25,215 bases of DNA, taken from contig JAAOMT010000633.1 of the NCBI GenBank assembly GCA_016748015.1, forward strand, positions 97,023 to 122,237, written 5' to 3'. Shown here piece after piece: positions 1 to 10,330 of the stretch. The position numbers were made by a program, and so were the translations under genes. The stretch comes from Geosiphon pyriformis uo1 (Eukaryota; Fungi; Glomeromycota). The stretch's first letter is position 1, and each line of letters starts with the position of its first letter. The notes under the pieces are model-generated. The model did not search any database and was not told where the DNA came from. It worked only from the letters and a program-made list of their open reading frames with translations.

Positions 1-171
1 TTAATTCTGAATCATTAATTTAATATTGTGTTAATTCTGAATTAACTTAACTTATTATATTATTTGGTCAATTGACCAATAAAAAGTTTTTTTTTTATTA
101 ATCAATTAAAAAAATCAAAGTTTTAATATTTAACACATTTTTTTATAGCTTTTTAATACTATTTATTATTA

Positions 172-2470
172 TTATTTTTTTATTAAAGTTTAACAAGCAA
201 TGCCCAAAAGCTACCTAGAACAATACATCAAAGAATCAATCTAAACTAGGTACTAATCATGTGTTTTATACATGTGAATAGCCACTCAAACCAGTCAAAG
301 ACACACTACACTGATGCTACAAACGAAAACTTATTCAAAGACAACATTTTTTGAATAACAGAAAACAAAGTAGAACTATAAAAAACCAAACCAACTAGCC
401 ATTTAGCAGTTTTAAAGGGATCAGTTTTAATATCAACAGACTCATGCTCCCAAAGGAACATTAAGTTAGAAAACATCTTATCACCCACAATAGGCAGAAG
501 CTCTAAATTACCAAACATATTAATGTTCTCCATACAGCATTCCTTTTTCAAAGAAACTACTTCTCTCCTCAACTTACCAACAGTTTTACTAAAGGAACTC
601 ATATGTACCAAAATCTTATTGATCCTAAGACTAAGAGCACTACTTGAAACCAAATTACCATTAATAAACTGTTCAAAAGTTGTAACCAAAGAGCCAATAG
701 GCTTAACAATAAACTCAACCAAAGCAGAAAGCTTAGTTAAATCAGATTCCAAAGAAGACAGATGGGACAGCACCAAAAGATTATCAACAACAGCTGGAGA
801 AGAGACAAGAGATGACAGAAATGGAAATCCAGAAGAGCTCAAGGGAGCAGAAGCCTTAACATAAGACCTAAAACCAACAAAATATGATGTAAACACCTTG
901 GAAAACTTGGGAGGTGGAAGTGAAGAAACCTTACAGTCCACAGCCAAATGACCCAGCTCTTAATACTTGAAACAACGCCAACAATTAGGAGTTTCCTACC
1001 AAATATGGCATTTTCTCAGTATACCAGTTTTAATAATAGCAGAGTCCAAATCAGCTTAGGAACCAAATGTAACCAGAGCAAACTGGGAATGATAACCAGA
1101 CTCAAAAAAATGAGAAATAAAACAAGTCTAACCACCAACTTGAGAAATCATATCACTAATTTCAAAAGCTGTGCAGCCAAGAGAAAGATTGACCAACTTG
1201 GCCTTAAACTTATTATGAAACAAAATAGTCTCATTTTGATTTACCAGAGAGAGGATTCTAACACTATTCTTGCCCACCAAGACTGACCAATGATTCAAAG
1301 CAGACACAGCAGAGTCCAACTTTTTAAAATAAACTACTACATACTGCCAAATACCAGCAGACTTTAGCACAACACAATTGACACTACCAAATACACTGAG
1401 AGCTGTCTTAATGTTAGCAGCAGACACACCCAAGAGCACATCACACAGCACAACAGTAGCAGAAGGGAAACCAGACTCAAAAATTACCAAAAACTTGGCA
1501 ATTTTGAGGGTGGCCAAATGTACAAAGCTTGTAAGCTCAACCAAGAATGCAGTTTTTAAAGATACTTAAGAAGCAAACTCCACACAAAACAGCTTTACAT
1601 TGTCTTTTGATACTGACTTTGCACCCAAGAAACCATGTACTGACTAAAAAACAGCCTTAACATGAGCCAATTTGATCTTAAAAGTAGCACCAGGCACCAG
1701 AGTGGAGGCCACCCACTCAGCAAATCTTTGACGGCTAGTAATAGTTTCTCAAGCACCACCAGAAACAGCACCAGAAACTAGAGGAAAAGATAATTTAGTT
1801 TCCATTTGGTTAGCCCAGTTCTCAAAAACAGGTGACCCAACAGGAGGAGATTGTTTTGCTTTTAAAACTGGCAAAAATCTGCTGGAAGACACCACATTTG
1901 GCAACACAGCCAGTAGTTGATCTTGGCCTATTTTGAATGATGTGCCAGATGATGCTATGGAGATCTCATCTAAGATCTCATTTGGAACCACAAAGGAGTT
2001 CGGTGTAACAATAGCAGAGGCAGGCAACTGCTCCTACTTTTCTGAACTTTTGGTCTTTTTGACCATTTTCTTTGAAGAGGAGGTGCTAAAAGCACCAAAT
2101 GTTAAAGCTATGGAGGAGAACACCAGCTTGTTAACTGGTCTATTATTGAACACTTTTGGGCTTTTAGTTGGAGTGGAGACAACACTAAGACTAACTCAAA
2201 TATGTCTCTTTGAGGGAACTTTGACTGGTGAAAAACCAGCCAAAGATGAGGAAGTTGCTTCAATGGCTACCAAAGACAGCTTATTATGATTACTGGGTAA
2301 AGAGAAGGCTTTTAAAACATTTTGTTTAGTTGCTTCTACAACAGAGAGATCTCCTTTGGTTGAAATTTTATTAGATATCTTAAGACAGATATCAGGTGCA
2401 GCTTTTTTACTCTTTGTTTTGGTTATGATCATAAAATTAAGGAGACAAAGAGTTAATAAACATTTTGTAT
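172..2470 (-). mobile_element. Non-autonomous ORF1-only non-LTR retroelement (HAL1-like), 'element 1'
   Basis: A single gag/ORF1-like frame (306-2432) is followed directly by a ~125-nt 3' UTR homologous to that of the LINE at 9389-9510 (exact shared CCTAGTTTAGATT), then an A-rich tail (minus strand TAATAAAAAAATAATAAT, ~165-185). Candidate target-site duplication TATTTATTATTA at 160-171 and 2475-2486. No APE or RT sequence is present. Confidence 0.8.
306..2432 (-). pseudogene. ORF1p/gag-like RNA-binding protein of element 1 (~708 codons, about 9 in-frame stops, no frameshift)
   Basis: ORF-track pieces 2196-2432, 1749-2027, 1128-1544 and 306-947 are all in one frame. Contains RRM-like segments (NIKTALSVFGSVNCVVLKSAGIWQYVVVYFKK..WSVLVGKNSVRI, matching WSVLVGKNSVHV in the neighbouring LINE ORF1), a degenerate CX2CX4HX4C knuckle (CFKY*ELGHLAVDC, ~933-975) and a C-terminal heptad region (LSSLESDLTKLSALVE). 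Confidence 0.85.
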
Positions 2471-2489
2471 AATATATTTATTATTAATA

Positions 2490-2644
2490 AATTATAAATA
2501 ACTTATTTAAAAAACATTTTCTGACTTTTTAAAAAACTATTTAATAATTAGAAGTAAAAAAAACAAGCCAAAACTTTGTTTTTTTAAGATTATATAAACC
2601 AATATATTAAAAAAAAAAAACCAGTATTACTAAGAATAAACTTT
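2490..2644 (+). pseudogene. N-terminal fragment of a Ginger/KRBA2-like integrase-transposase fossil (continues at 9527)
   Basis: Translates FSDFLKNYLIIRSKKKQAKTLFF*DYINQYIKKKKPVLLRINF and joins in frame with NSKLKY*IHTIF at 9534 when the LINE and one AAACTTT copy are removed. Confidence 0.5.
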
Positions 2645-2768
2645 TTTTTGTCGGGATCCCTTGACCACGATGAGAGCAAGAAGTTTACCAAAAAAAATAG
2701 CTTTTCCCCTTTATTTCTCACCTTTAGTTTTGGTAGTTATTTCTATTCTTATATATTCTTTTATTGTG

Positions 2769-4703
2769 ATGGATCTGATAGGCTTATTTGTTGGTGGTTC
2801 TAGTTCTGTTTTGGCTGGGTTGGGAACCCGGTCTAATAATAAAAAGAAAGCTCATGTTGAGAGTGTGTACTCTCATGGCCCTTTGTACAAGAAGCCTAAG
2901 ACTCTTGGGGCTTCCAATGGTACTGTGGACTCATCAACTGGTCCTATTGCTATCAATGTATTACAAGCTGACGACATGGAATGCAAGATGTCTTGGAGTA
3001 GTAAAGTGAAAAGCAAGGATGCTAGTGTTAGTGGAGTGTCTGACATTGAAAACATAAATAATATGGTGGCTGAAGAGACGAGTTACGTGGATTCCAATGA
3101 CTTTGAAGCAGACAATATGGTGGACAATACAACTCTGAGAAAGACTCAAACGAGGATGTATGTTTTGGGGCAGCCACCAAAGAAATCTTCTTTCAATAAT
3201 GCAAGTAACATTGATGATGTGCTGGAGCTTTCTTCTCACACATTTAATGGATCCAATCAATTGCCACTGGTTAAGTTATGTGCCTTAAAGACTCATAGCT
3301 TTAATTCGACCAAGTCTTTTGCTTTGGATGTTGAGCATTTTGCTATACCTGGCAATTCTATTAGTGAAAAGTTAATTTTTTTAAAAAAATTTTTTATCAA
3401 GTTGATGGCTTTGGGAGTGCTTTGACTCTCTCAAAATTTCCTGGAATCATAAGATCGACCTTTACAAGTGAATTTAGTTTGAATAAGGCCAAATTAATGG
3501 CAATCAATAAGAAAGTTGTTGTCAATACTGATTTCAGAAAAGTAAACAGCCATATGGATCAGAAGATAATCATCAAAAAGATCTCAGTAGATCTTCCCAG
3601 ATCAGCAATTGAGGCAGTGTTTTCCAAGTTTGGTAAGATTATTTCTGTTAAGTTGCAGCTTGTTGGTTTTTGGCAAAAGACCCTGGTGGAATATGAATCA
3701 TCTGAGATGGCTGATTTGGTCGCAGCTAGATGGTCTGTGCTTGTAGGAAAAAATTCTGTTCATGTGGTGAAGGCAATTAGTGATAAACAAATGTGGATAT
3801 TGAGGGATCAACATCAAGTGTTGTTGTATACCTTACCTGTTGGAACTACAGCTCATGATCTCTCTGGTTTATTTGAATCATATGGTAGGAAGACTTGTTT
3901 TATTGGCCATAATCCTTTCTTGTATGTTCATGATTGGTGTGCTGTAATCTGTTTTGAGAATGAGACATCCAAGTTGGCTGCTGTTGGTTTGATTCCAGTT
4001 TTTAAGAGTGTGAATTTGCACTGGGCTGGTCTTTGTTTGGCATATTGTACACAGTGTACACATTTTGGTTATATTACTGCCAACTGCTCTGTGAATGGGA
4101 GTTCTGGAGTTCGTGAGAGACAAATGGTTTCTGATCAGAATTGTGTTTGTCTGGCTGTAATTTATAAAAAGAAATCAGCTTCTGTTTCTCGCCTGATTTT
4201 GTTTGGTGGAAGAACTTGGATGTTAGTGGTTGGTGTTCCTTCTGGTGTTTCTTCTCGTCGATAGGTTTCTCCTTCTGGTTCCATTGATAATGGTAAACCT
4301 CTTCCTCCTGTTGTAAATAATTTGGAAAAACAGTTGGTCAGCATTAAAAGCAGTCTTGTCAGCCTCATGGAACAAATTGGTGAGTTGGCTAAGAGATTGG
4401 AGTCACTCATGCTGGCAGTTTCCCAGCCTAGCCCTGAATGTCAGCTGTCGGTGACCCCCCCCATCACAGAATCAAGGGAAAGATATAGTGATGGGAGTAG
4501 GTTTGGGTGAGTCTACTTGTAATGAGACTGCTGTTGCTACTGCTACTGCTACTTATACTGTGAAAAACTTTTCCATGTCCCCCCATATTGTCAAGTTGGA
4601 AAATATGTTGGAAGGTCTTGCTGCCTCAGTGCTGAGTTTGTCTGCTTGTTTTAATGATCTGGCTCTAGCTGCTGGTACACTTTCACAACCCCCTTCTCAA
4701 TGA
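2769..4703 (+). pseudogene. LINE ORF1p (RRM-like domains, CCHC zinc knuckle, coiled coils)
   Basis: RRM-like IIIKKISVDLPRSAIEAVFSKFGKIISVKLQLVGFWQKTLVEYES and LLYTLPVGTTAHDL; knuckle CTQCTHFGYITANC (H>Y); coiled coil LEKQLVSIKSSLVSLMEQIGELAKRLESL. Two frameshifts, both in homopolymer runs (~3375-3395 and ~4455-4462), and a stop at 4262-4264. An alternative in-frame ATG lies at 2670. Confidence 0.88.
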
Positions 4704-7700
4704 GTAAGTTTACTTGGAAGATTGCTATATGCAATATTAGAGGAATGAACAATTGTGTGAAACAGGCGAACATTGTACATTGGCATAATGATATGAACAA
4801 TCTGATTTTTATTGTTACTAAGACAAAATTGAAGAGAAAAATCTGCCTCTGAATTGTGGATAGGTTTGCTGGTGTTCATGTTTTTACTTCAAGTCTGAAT
4901 TCTGGTCACATGAGATCTGGTATTGCAATTATTATGGACTCATCTCTGGCAAAACATGTGTGCAAGGTTCTAAAGATGCCTGGTTGGCTCCTGTTAGTAA
5001 AATTGTTTTTTAGGAACAGACTCTTTGTTTCTATTTTGGAGCTGTATGTTGGTGCTTCTTTAACAGTTTGTTTTTCTCAGGCTGATGAAATTAATTTTCT
5101 CATTGCTAAAGCTGTGAATGAATTCTTTCTCGTTATTCTTGGTGGTGATTTCAATGAAAACAGATCTCACAAGTGTGCCAGTTTCAAGAAGTGCTTTGAT
5201 TTGGGTTTGGTCAACTCTTTGGGTGGGAGCTTTTTTAATAAGTTACCAACTTGGTGTAATTCTCATGGTGTTGCTAAGACAATTGATTATGTGTTTCTTT
5301 CTTTTAACTTGGTTAATGCAATCATGGATCATGGCATGTTAGATGTTGGTGATTTTTTTGACACTAATTATAAGGCTGTTTTTGTTTCTGTGGGTCTGGA
5401 TGGTTTGTTGGACACGAGACTTTCTTCATTACATAAGCAGACCAACAAAGATTGCTGGAAGTTTGATGTCAAAGATGTGAATGAGTTGAAGTGGATTGAG
5501 TTCAGAGATGGTACAGCTGCCAATGCTTCTATGTTTTCAGATGCATTTGTGGTGGCTGGGAAATTTTCGGATTTGGATGTGATGTGAGACATTATTTGCA
5601 AAATTATAATTTTTTCAGCAGGTGAAACTTTCAAGAAAAAGTGGTTCAAAGGTTTTGACAGTGTTTTCAATAAGGTGTCTTTTAGGTTTCATAAGCTGAA
5701 GTTGCTGGTTTCTAAGCTGGTAAAAGCTTCCCATTTGATTTCTGGGGGTGATTTTGCTCTGTTGTTAGATATGTGAGACAGGCTTGACTCTGTTGGCGCT
5801 TCGTCAATAAAGTTTTTTTTCCATTCAGGGTCTGGTTTTGATGGTATTCACTCTGAGCTGGCTAAGGCAAGGAAGTCTTACCACTCTTCCAAAATGCTGG
5901 AATCTAAGCATGCTGAGAAATTGTGTATAAGACAAGCCATTGAAAATAGGATAGAGAGTTTTGAGTTGAATAAGGGTCATACTATCAGAAGTGTTTTGGA
6001 GTGTCCATTTTGCAAAGTAGTGTTGGATCATTTGATAGTGGATAATGAGTTGGTTTTGGAACCTGAGCTGGTTAAATCTAAAGTGGACAGGATTATGGAG
6101 GGATGAACTAGGAGACGGTTGGTGGTTTCGGACTTCTCTGATAATTGGAAATGCCAATTTTGGTCTTTGGACTACGTTTTTAATGGTGTTTTCTCTGGTA
6201 TTATGAACTCAATTAGTTTTGATGAGATGTTCAGTGTCATTTCGAGCTTGCTTAATGGAAAAGCAGCTGGTTTTTCTGGCATCTCTAATGAATTGTGGAA
6301 GCATTGCAACAGAGTGGTTCTGGATATGCTTTTGGTGCTTTTGAATCTCTGCCTGATTTGTGAATCAGTGCCTAGACCTTGAAAGGAAGCCTGGGTTTTG
6401 ATGATTCCTAAACTCTATAAATGGAAGGGTGTTTTCACAAACACCCATCCTATTGTTTTGATTGAAACAGCCCACAAGATCCTTTCCAAAATCTTATCAG
6501 ACAGAATATTTTCGGCTTGCAGTGAGTTTGACATTTTACATGGGGACAATTTTTTTGTTTTAAAGGGTACGACTATGCAGTCACACATTTTTGCTGTTGG
6601 TTCTATGGTCAAGAATGCCTTAGAGAAATACAGAGAGCTGTGGCTGGTTTTACAGGACATACACAAAGCATATAATTCAGTTGGTTGGAAACATCTTAAG
6701 AGGAGTTTGATCAGGATCAAAATATGTAACAGATTTATTAGATTTTTTGGTAGCATCCACAATAATTGCAAGAACAGAGTGATGACAGATTTTGGCTTAA
6801 CTAGTGGGTATGTGGTTCATAATGATTTGGATTAGGGTAAAGTTTTCTTGCCACTTTTCTGGCACATATTTTATGATTCACTTATGTGTGAGGTCAAGAG
6901 ACAAAGAGAGGTGTGTGGTTACAGGTTGAATTTGCATTTCGTTTCCAATACTGGCCATGTAGAATCTCAGGCTGAGTTGACATCATTTTTTACTGCTGGT
7001 GCTTTTATTGATGATACCATCTGGATTGGTAGCAGACAGGCTGCTACACAACACATTTTGGACATTGCTAGTAAGTTCTTCAGGATTAATGACATTTCAA
7101 TTAACAATGACAAAACTGTGGCTATTCCCATCAACTGCCAGGTTGAGACCCCTTACTTAACTGTTAGTGGCTCACCTATTTCCATAGCCAAAAAGGGTGA
7201 ACCTCATTGTTATCTTGGGATTTTTTTGTCTTCTAATAGTCTTTTAGTGCCCAGTTTGGCCAAGACTTACTTGGACATCCGATTTTTTGTCAACCTTGTT
7301 CTGAAAAAAGCCATTTCAGATAAACAATTTAGTTATTTGGTTTTTGCTGTTCTGTTCCCTATTGTTAGCTACAGGACTCAGTCCAGTTTTGTTCCTATTA
7401 GTGTGTGTAATAAATAGAATGCTCTGATCTGCAAAGGCTTGAAGTTTAAGTCTGGGCTGCTGCTTGATTTCTCCAATGATGTATTTTATCATCCTTCTTT
7501 GTATGGTTTGAAGACTTTTGAACAGATTTAGACAGAAAGCAAATTGGCCTCCATCATTGCTTTTGCAAATTTAGTTGGTGTTTTGGGCTGCTTATTTTCT
7601 CACAGGTCTCATGACCTCCAGGTTCTCAGCTGGCATTCTCGTCATCCCTTGCTGTTTCTGGCTTGTGTTAATATCAGTTCTTCAAATAATTTCTTAGCAG

Positions 7701-9388
7701 ATGTGGTTCGTATTTTTTTTGGATGTGATCTGTTTCTGAACAGGTCTCTGGTCTGTGCTTTCCGTCATCAGGGTGGTACTTCTATGTCTCTTGTTCTTAG
7801 TAAAATCAATTTTCTAAAATGTGTCTCTTCACTTAAGTAATATGGTATTGCTTTTGTGGAACAATTACGCAATTGAAATAGTGTTGTTTTTAGTTGGCAG
7901 ACATTCAAGTGTTGGAAGAAGTTGGACTCCTGTGGCCCAATTTCTTTCTGGTTTGATCTTTCTGCATGTTTTCTTGGTGGTGTTGCTTCTTTTTCTGCAT
8001 GCTCCTCTCTTGTAAGAGATTTTGCTCTGTCTGATGTTTGTTAATCTCATGATTTTGGTGTTATCTGTGATGATCTATTGATTACTGACACTGTCTGCCT
8101 TTCTGTATACACAGATGAGTCTCTGAGTGGTTTGGGAACTGTTGCCATAAAAGCTGAGACTGTGGTCTTTTTTGAGAACATTAATTCTGGTTTAGATGTG
8201 GGGGTGTCTGGTTTGGTTTCTTCTACTTTGTTTGAATTGCAGGCCATTGCTTTGGCTTTTGAGTGTGTTCCTTCTTCTTGTGTGGTTGATTTGTTCTCAG
8301 ATAGCCAAGTTGCTTTGGATGCGTGCAAATTGGAATCATTATTGGCTTGTTCAGACTTCAGAAATTGTTGTTGGATAGAGCATTATCATATTGCTAATGT
8401 AGTTTGTCATAAGAATTTAATTGTAAATTGGATTAAAGTTAAGAGTCATTCAGGCATTTTGGGCAATGAGCATACAGATAAGCTTGCTAAGGATGCAGCA
8501 CTCTCTTCTTGGTATTTGCCCCATTCGGTCAATAAACATTTTTTGAGGGTTGGGGGCAGTGTGGTTTCTGGAAATTCTAGGCACTTTGTTCGTAATGTGT
8601 TTTGGTCTATTTTTTATGCACATTGGAAGGTTGGTTCTGGTTCCTAGATTTTGGTGGCTGGTTTGCATGATGGTGTTAATTGGTCTAAGTCTTTTTTGGT
8701 TTGGCACCCTGATTCTCACTTGGCTGCTGGTTTTACTAATGCACGTACTGTTGGCCTTCAGACATACTTTATGAAATCTTTCTATTATCAGCTTTCTGTC
8801 GCAGTGCATAAACATTTGTATGATAGATGCTATTCCAGTATGATGTGTTTGTTCTATGGTGATATGGAATTCCCAGACCATGTCTTCATTTGTCTTTTTG
8901 ATACTGCTGGTCATGCTCGGTTGTTGGATGCTTATGTGTCTTTTTGGGAAACACGGTCTAGACTCTCTCATTCTACTTCGTGTGTTTCACAGTTGTTGTC
9001 CTCTTGTTTTTCCAATACTACTATTAGTACTACTTTGTATAAGAGTTTTGTTTTCAATGATTGGTACCATGAATTCTTTTTGGTCTTTAAGAATGCTAAA
9101 GTTGTGGCTTCAAATATTGTGTGTTTTGTGTGCAAGTTTTGCTCTGCATTTTGCAATGAGTTTTGGCTAGTCTATGCTAAACACTGAGCTTTTATGGAGA
9201 AGAATAGACTTATTTCTCATGATAGTTCTATTCTTGCCCTGGTTTCTGGTTTATCTACAGTGCTTTTGACTGGTGTAATCAGATTGTTGAGTGTTGTTAA
9301 AGCTTTTAGTATTGGTTTCGGTTTTTATAAATCTTGTTTGTTTTTCTCAAGTATAGGGGATTTTGTCTCTGTTAGAATAGATGCGTAG
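4700..9388 (+). pseudogene. LINE ORF2p: APE endonuclease - reverse transcriptase - RNase H - CCHC finger (1562 codons, at least 13 nonsense codons, no frameshift)
   Basis: APE: WKIAICNIRGMNN, LGGDFN, TIDYVF. RT: KAAGFSGI, HPIVLIETAHKILSKIL, LQDIHKAYNSV, D*G (the QG motif), AFIDDT, YLGIFL. RNase H: VYTDESL, ELQAIALAFE, FSDSQVAL, WIKVKSHSGILGNEHTDKLAK. C-terminal CLFYGDMEFPDHVFIC. ORF-track pieces from 4856 to 9194 share the frame of the ATG at 4700. Confidence 0.96.
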
Positions 9389-9529
9389 TGTTGTTCTGAT
9401 TGGCTCGAGTGGCTGGTCATATGTAAAAAAAGCATGATTCGCTCCTAGTTTAGATTATTTATATGATGTATAGTCTTAGGTCACATTTAAACCTCACTCA
9501 TTAAACGTAATAAAAAAAAAAAAAAAAAA
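9389..9529 (+). promoter_or_regulatory. LINE 3' UTR with conserved stem-loops and poly(A) tail
   Basis: Homologous to 184-305(-) and ~13390-13488(-). Predicted stems TGATTGGC/GCTGGTCA, TATGT-A7-GCATG and CCTAG/TTAGG; AATAAA runs into the poly(A). Confidence 0.7.
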
Positions 9530-10330
9530 CTTTAATTCTAAATTGAAGTATTAAATACATACTATTTTTTATATTATACAAGTTAAAAAACAAAATATAT
9601 TTTATCTTAAAAAAACAAAAAAACCAATTTGTTTAAAAAAAAATTATATAAAAATTATGTAAATTTTATTTAAAAACAAGACATAAAAAAATAAACAAAA
9701 CTTATAATGTAATATAATATTAATTTAATTTTTTATATAAATAAATACTAATAATTTTTTATTTATAAATTAAAAATAAATATATTTGAGTACTTAAAAA
9801 TTTAATAAAACAGTTTTGTTTTTACTATATTAAATATATTAAATAATAATCTTTAATTTAATTAATAGCTACAAATCTGATTTTAACAAAAAATTTTATG
9901 TATTATTTATGTGTAAATTTGGTTAATATATACAATTAACCAAATAATTCTTACAAATATATTTATTATATTTGGAATTATTTTACAAATTTTTTTTAAA
10001 CTACAATTCTTTTTTCTAAAGAAGCAAAAAAAGTTGCAAGTTTTTTTTTTAACTTTTTATTATATTTAAATTTCCAATTATTTTTTAAATTAATAATAAA
10101 AAAGAGTTTACAGCTAAATTAATCAAAAAATTAACAGAAATATAGCCAATTATTTATATTATAAATAGATATACAAAATATTTTTAATTTTAAAGATTAA
10201 TTAAATGAGCAAATAATATATTTTAACAAAAACTTTAAAAATAAATAAAAAATAAAAGAACTAATAATTAGTTATATAATTTATATTAAGTAATATGTAA
10301 AAAATATTATTTTTATATTGTTTAAATTTT
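9527..10330 (+). pseudogene. Ginger/KRBA2-like (gypsy-integrase-related) transposase fossil, heavily G/C-depleted
   Basis: Degenerate HHCC region (LCKFYLKTRHKK ... KQFCFYYIKY) and rve core (NFMYYLCVNLVNI ~ VDLVDM; WNYFTNFF*TTILFSKEAKKVA ~ RDHFTRFSW..L.SK.A.EVA; F*INNKKEFTAKLIKKLTEI*P ~ LQSDNGKEF; NRYTKYF*F*RLIK*ANNI ~ NGRPRHPQSQGLVERAN). Probable short intron at ~9712-9765. Confidence 0.72.

Larger units (their letters stand above)
2645..9529 (+). mobile_element. Full-length APE-type LINE retrotransposon with RNase H, 'element 2' (inactivated)
   Basis: ORF1 plus ORF2, a short 3' UTR and an 18-nt poly(A) at 9512-9529. Candidate 7-bp TSD AAACTTT at 2638-2644 and 9527-9533. Confidence 0.95.

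Noticed and set aside
1-80. Direct repeat TTAATTCTGAA (1, 31) and 16-bp palindrome TTGGTCAATTGACCAA (64-79)
   Set aside because: Possibly transposon subterminal motifs, but they lie at the window edge in low-complexity DNA with no partner end identified.
523-2289. Plus-strand ORFs 523-864, 948-1286, 1378-1569 and 1933-2289, and similar antisense or off-frame ORFs over elements 2 and 3 (e.g. 8450-8971)
   Set aside because: Shadow ORFs of the retroelement frames with no recognisable motifs.
4700-9388. Alternative genetic code (TGA=Trp) making ORF2 intact
   Set aside because: TAG and TAA also interrupt the frame at Trp and Gln positions, TGG is used normally, and catalytic motifs carry missense decay. 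These are mutations, not recoding.
172-9529. One bidirectional composite element made of elements 1 and 2
   Set aside because: Each has its own A-tail and candidate TSD, and the spacer reads as part of an older integrase fossil continuing after 9529.
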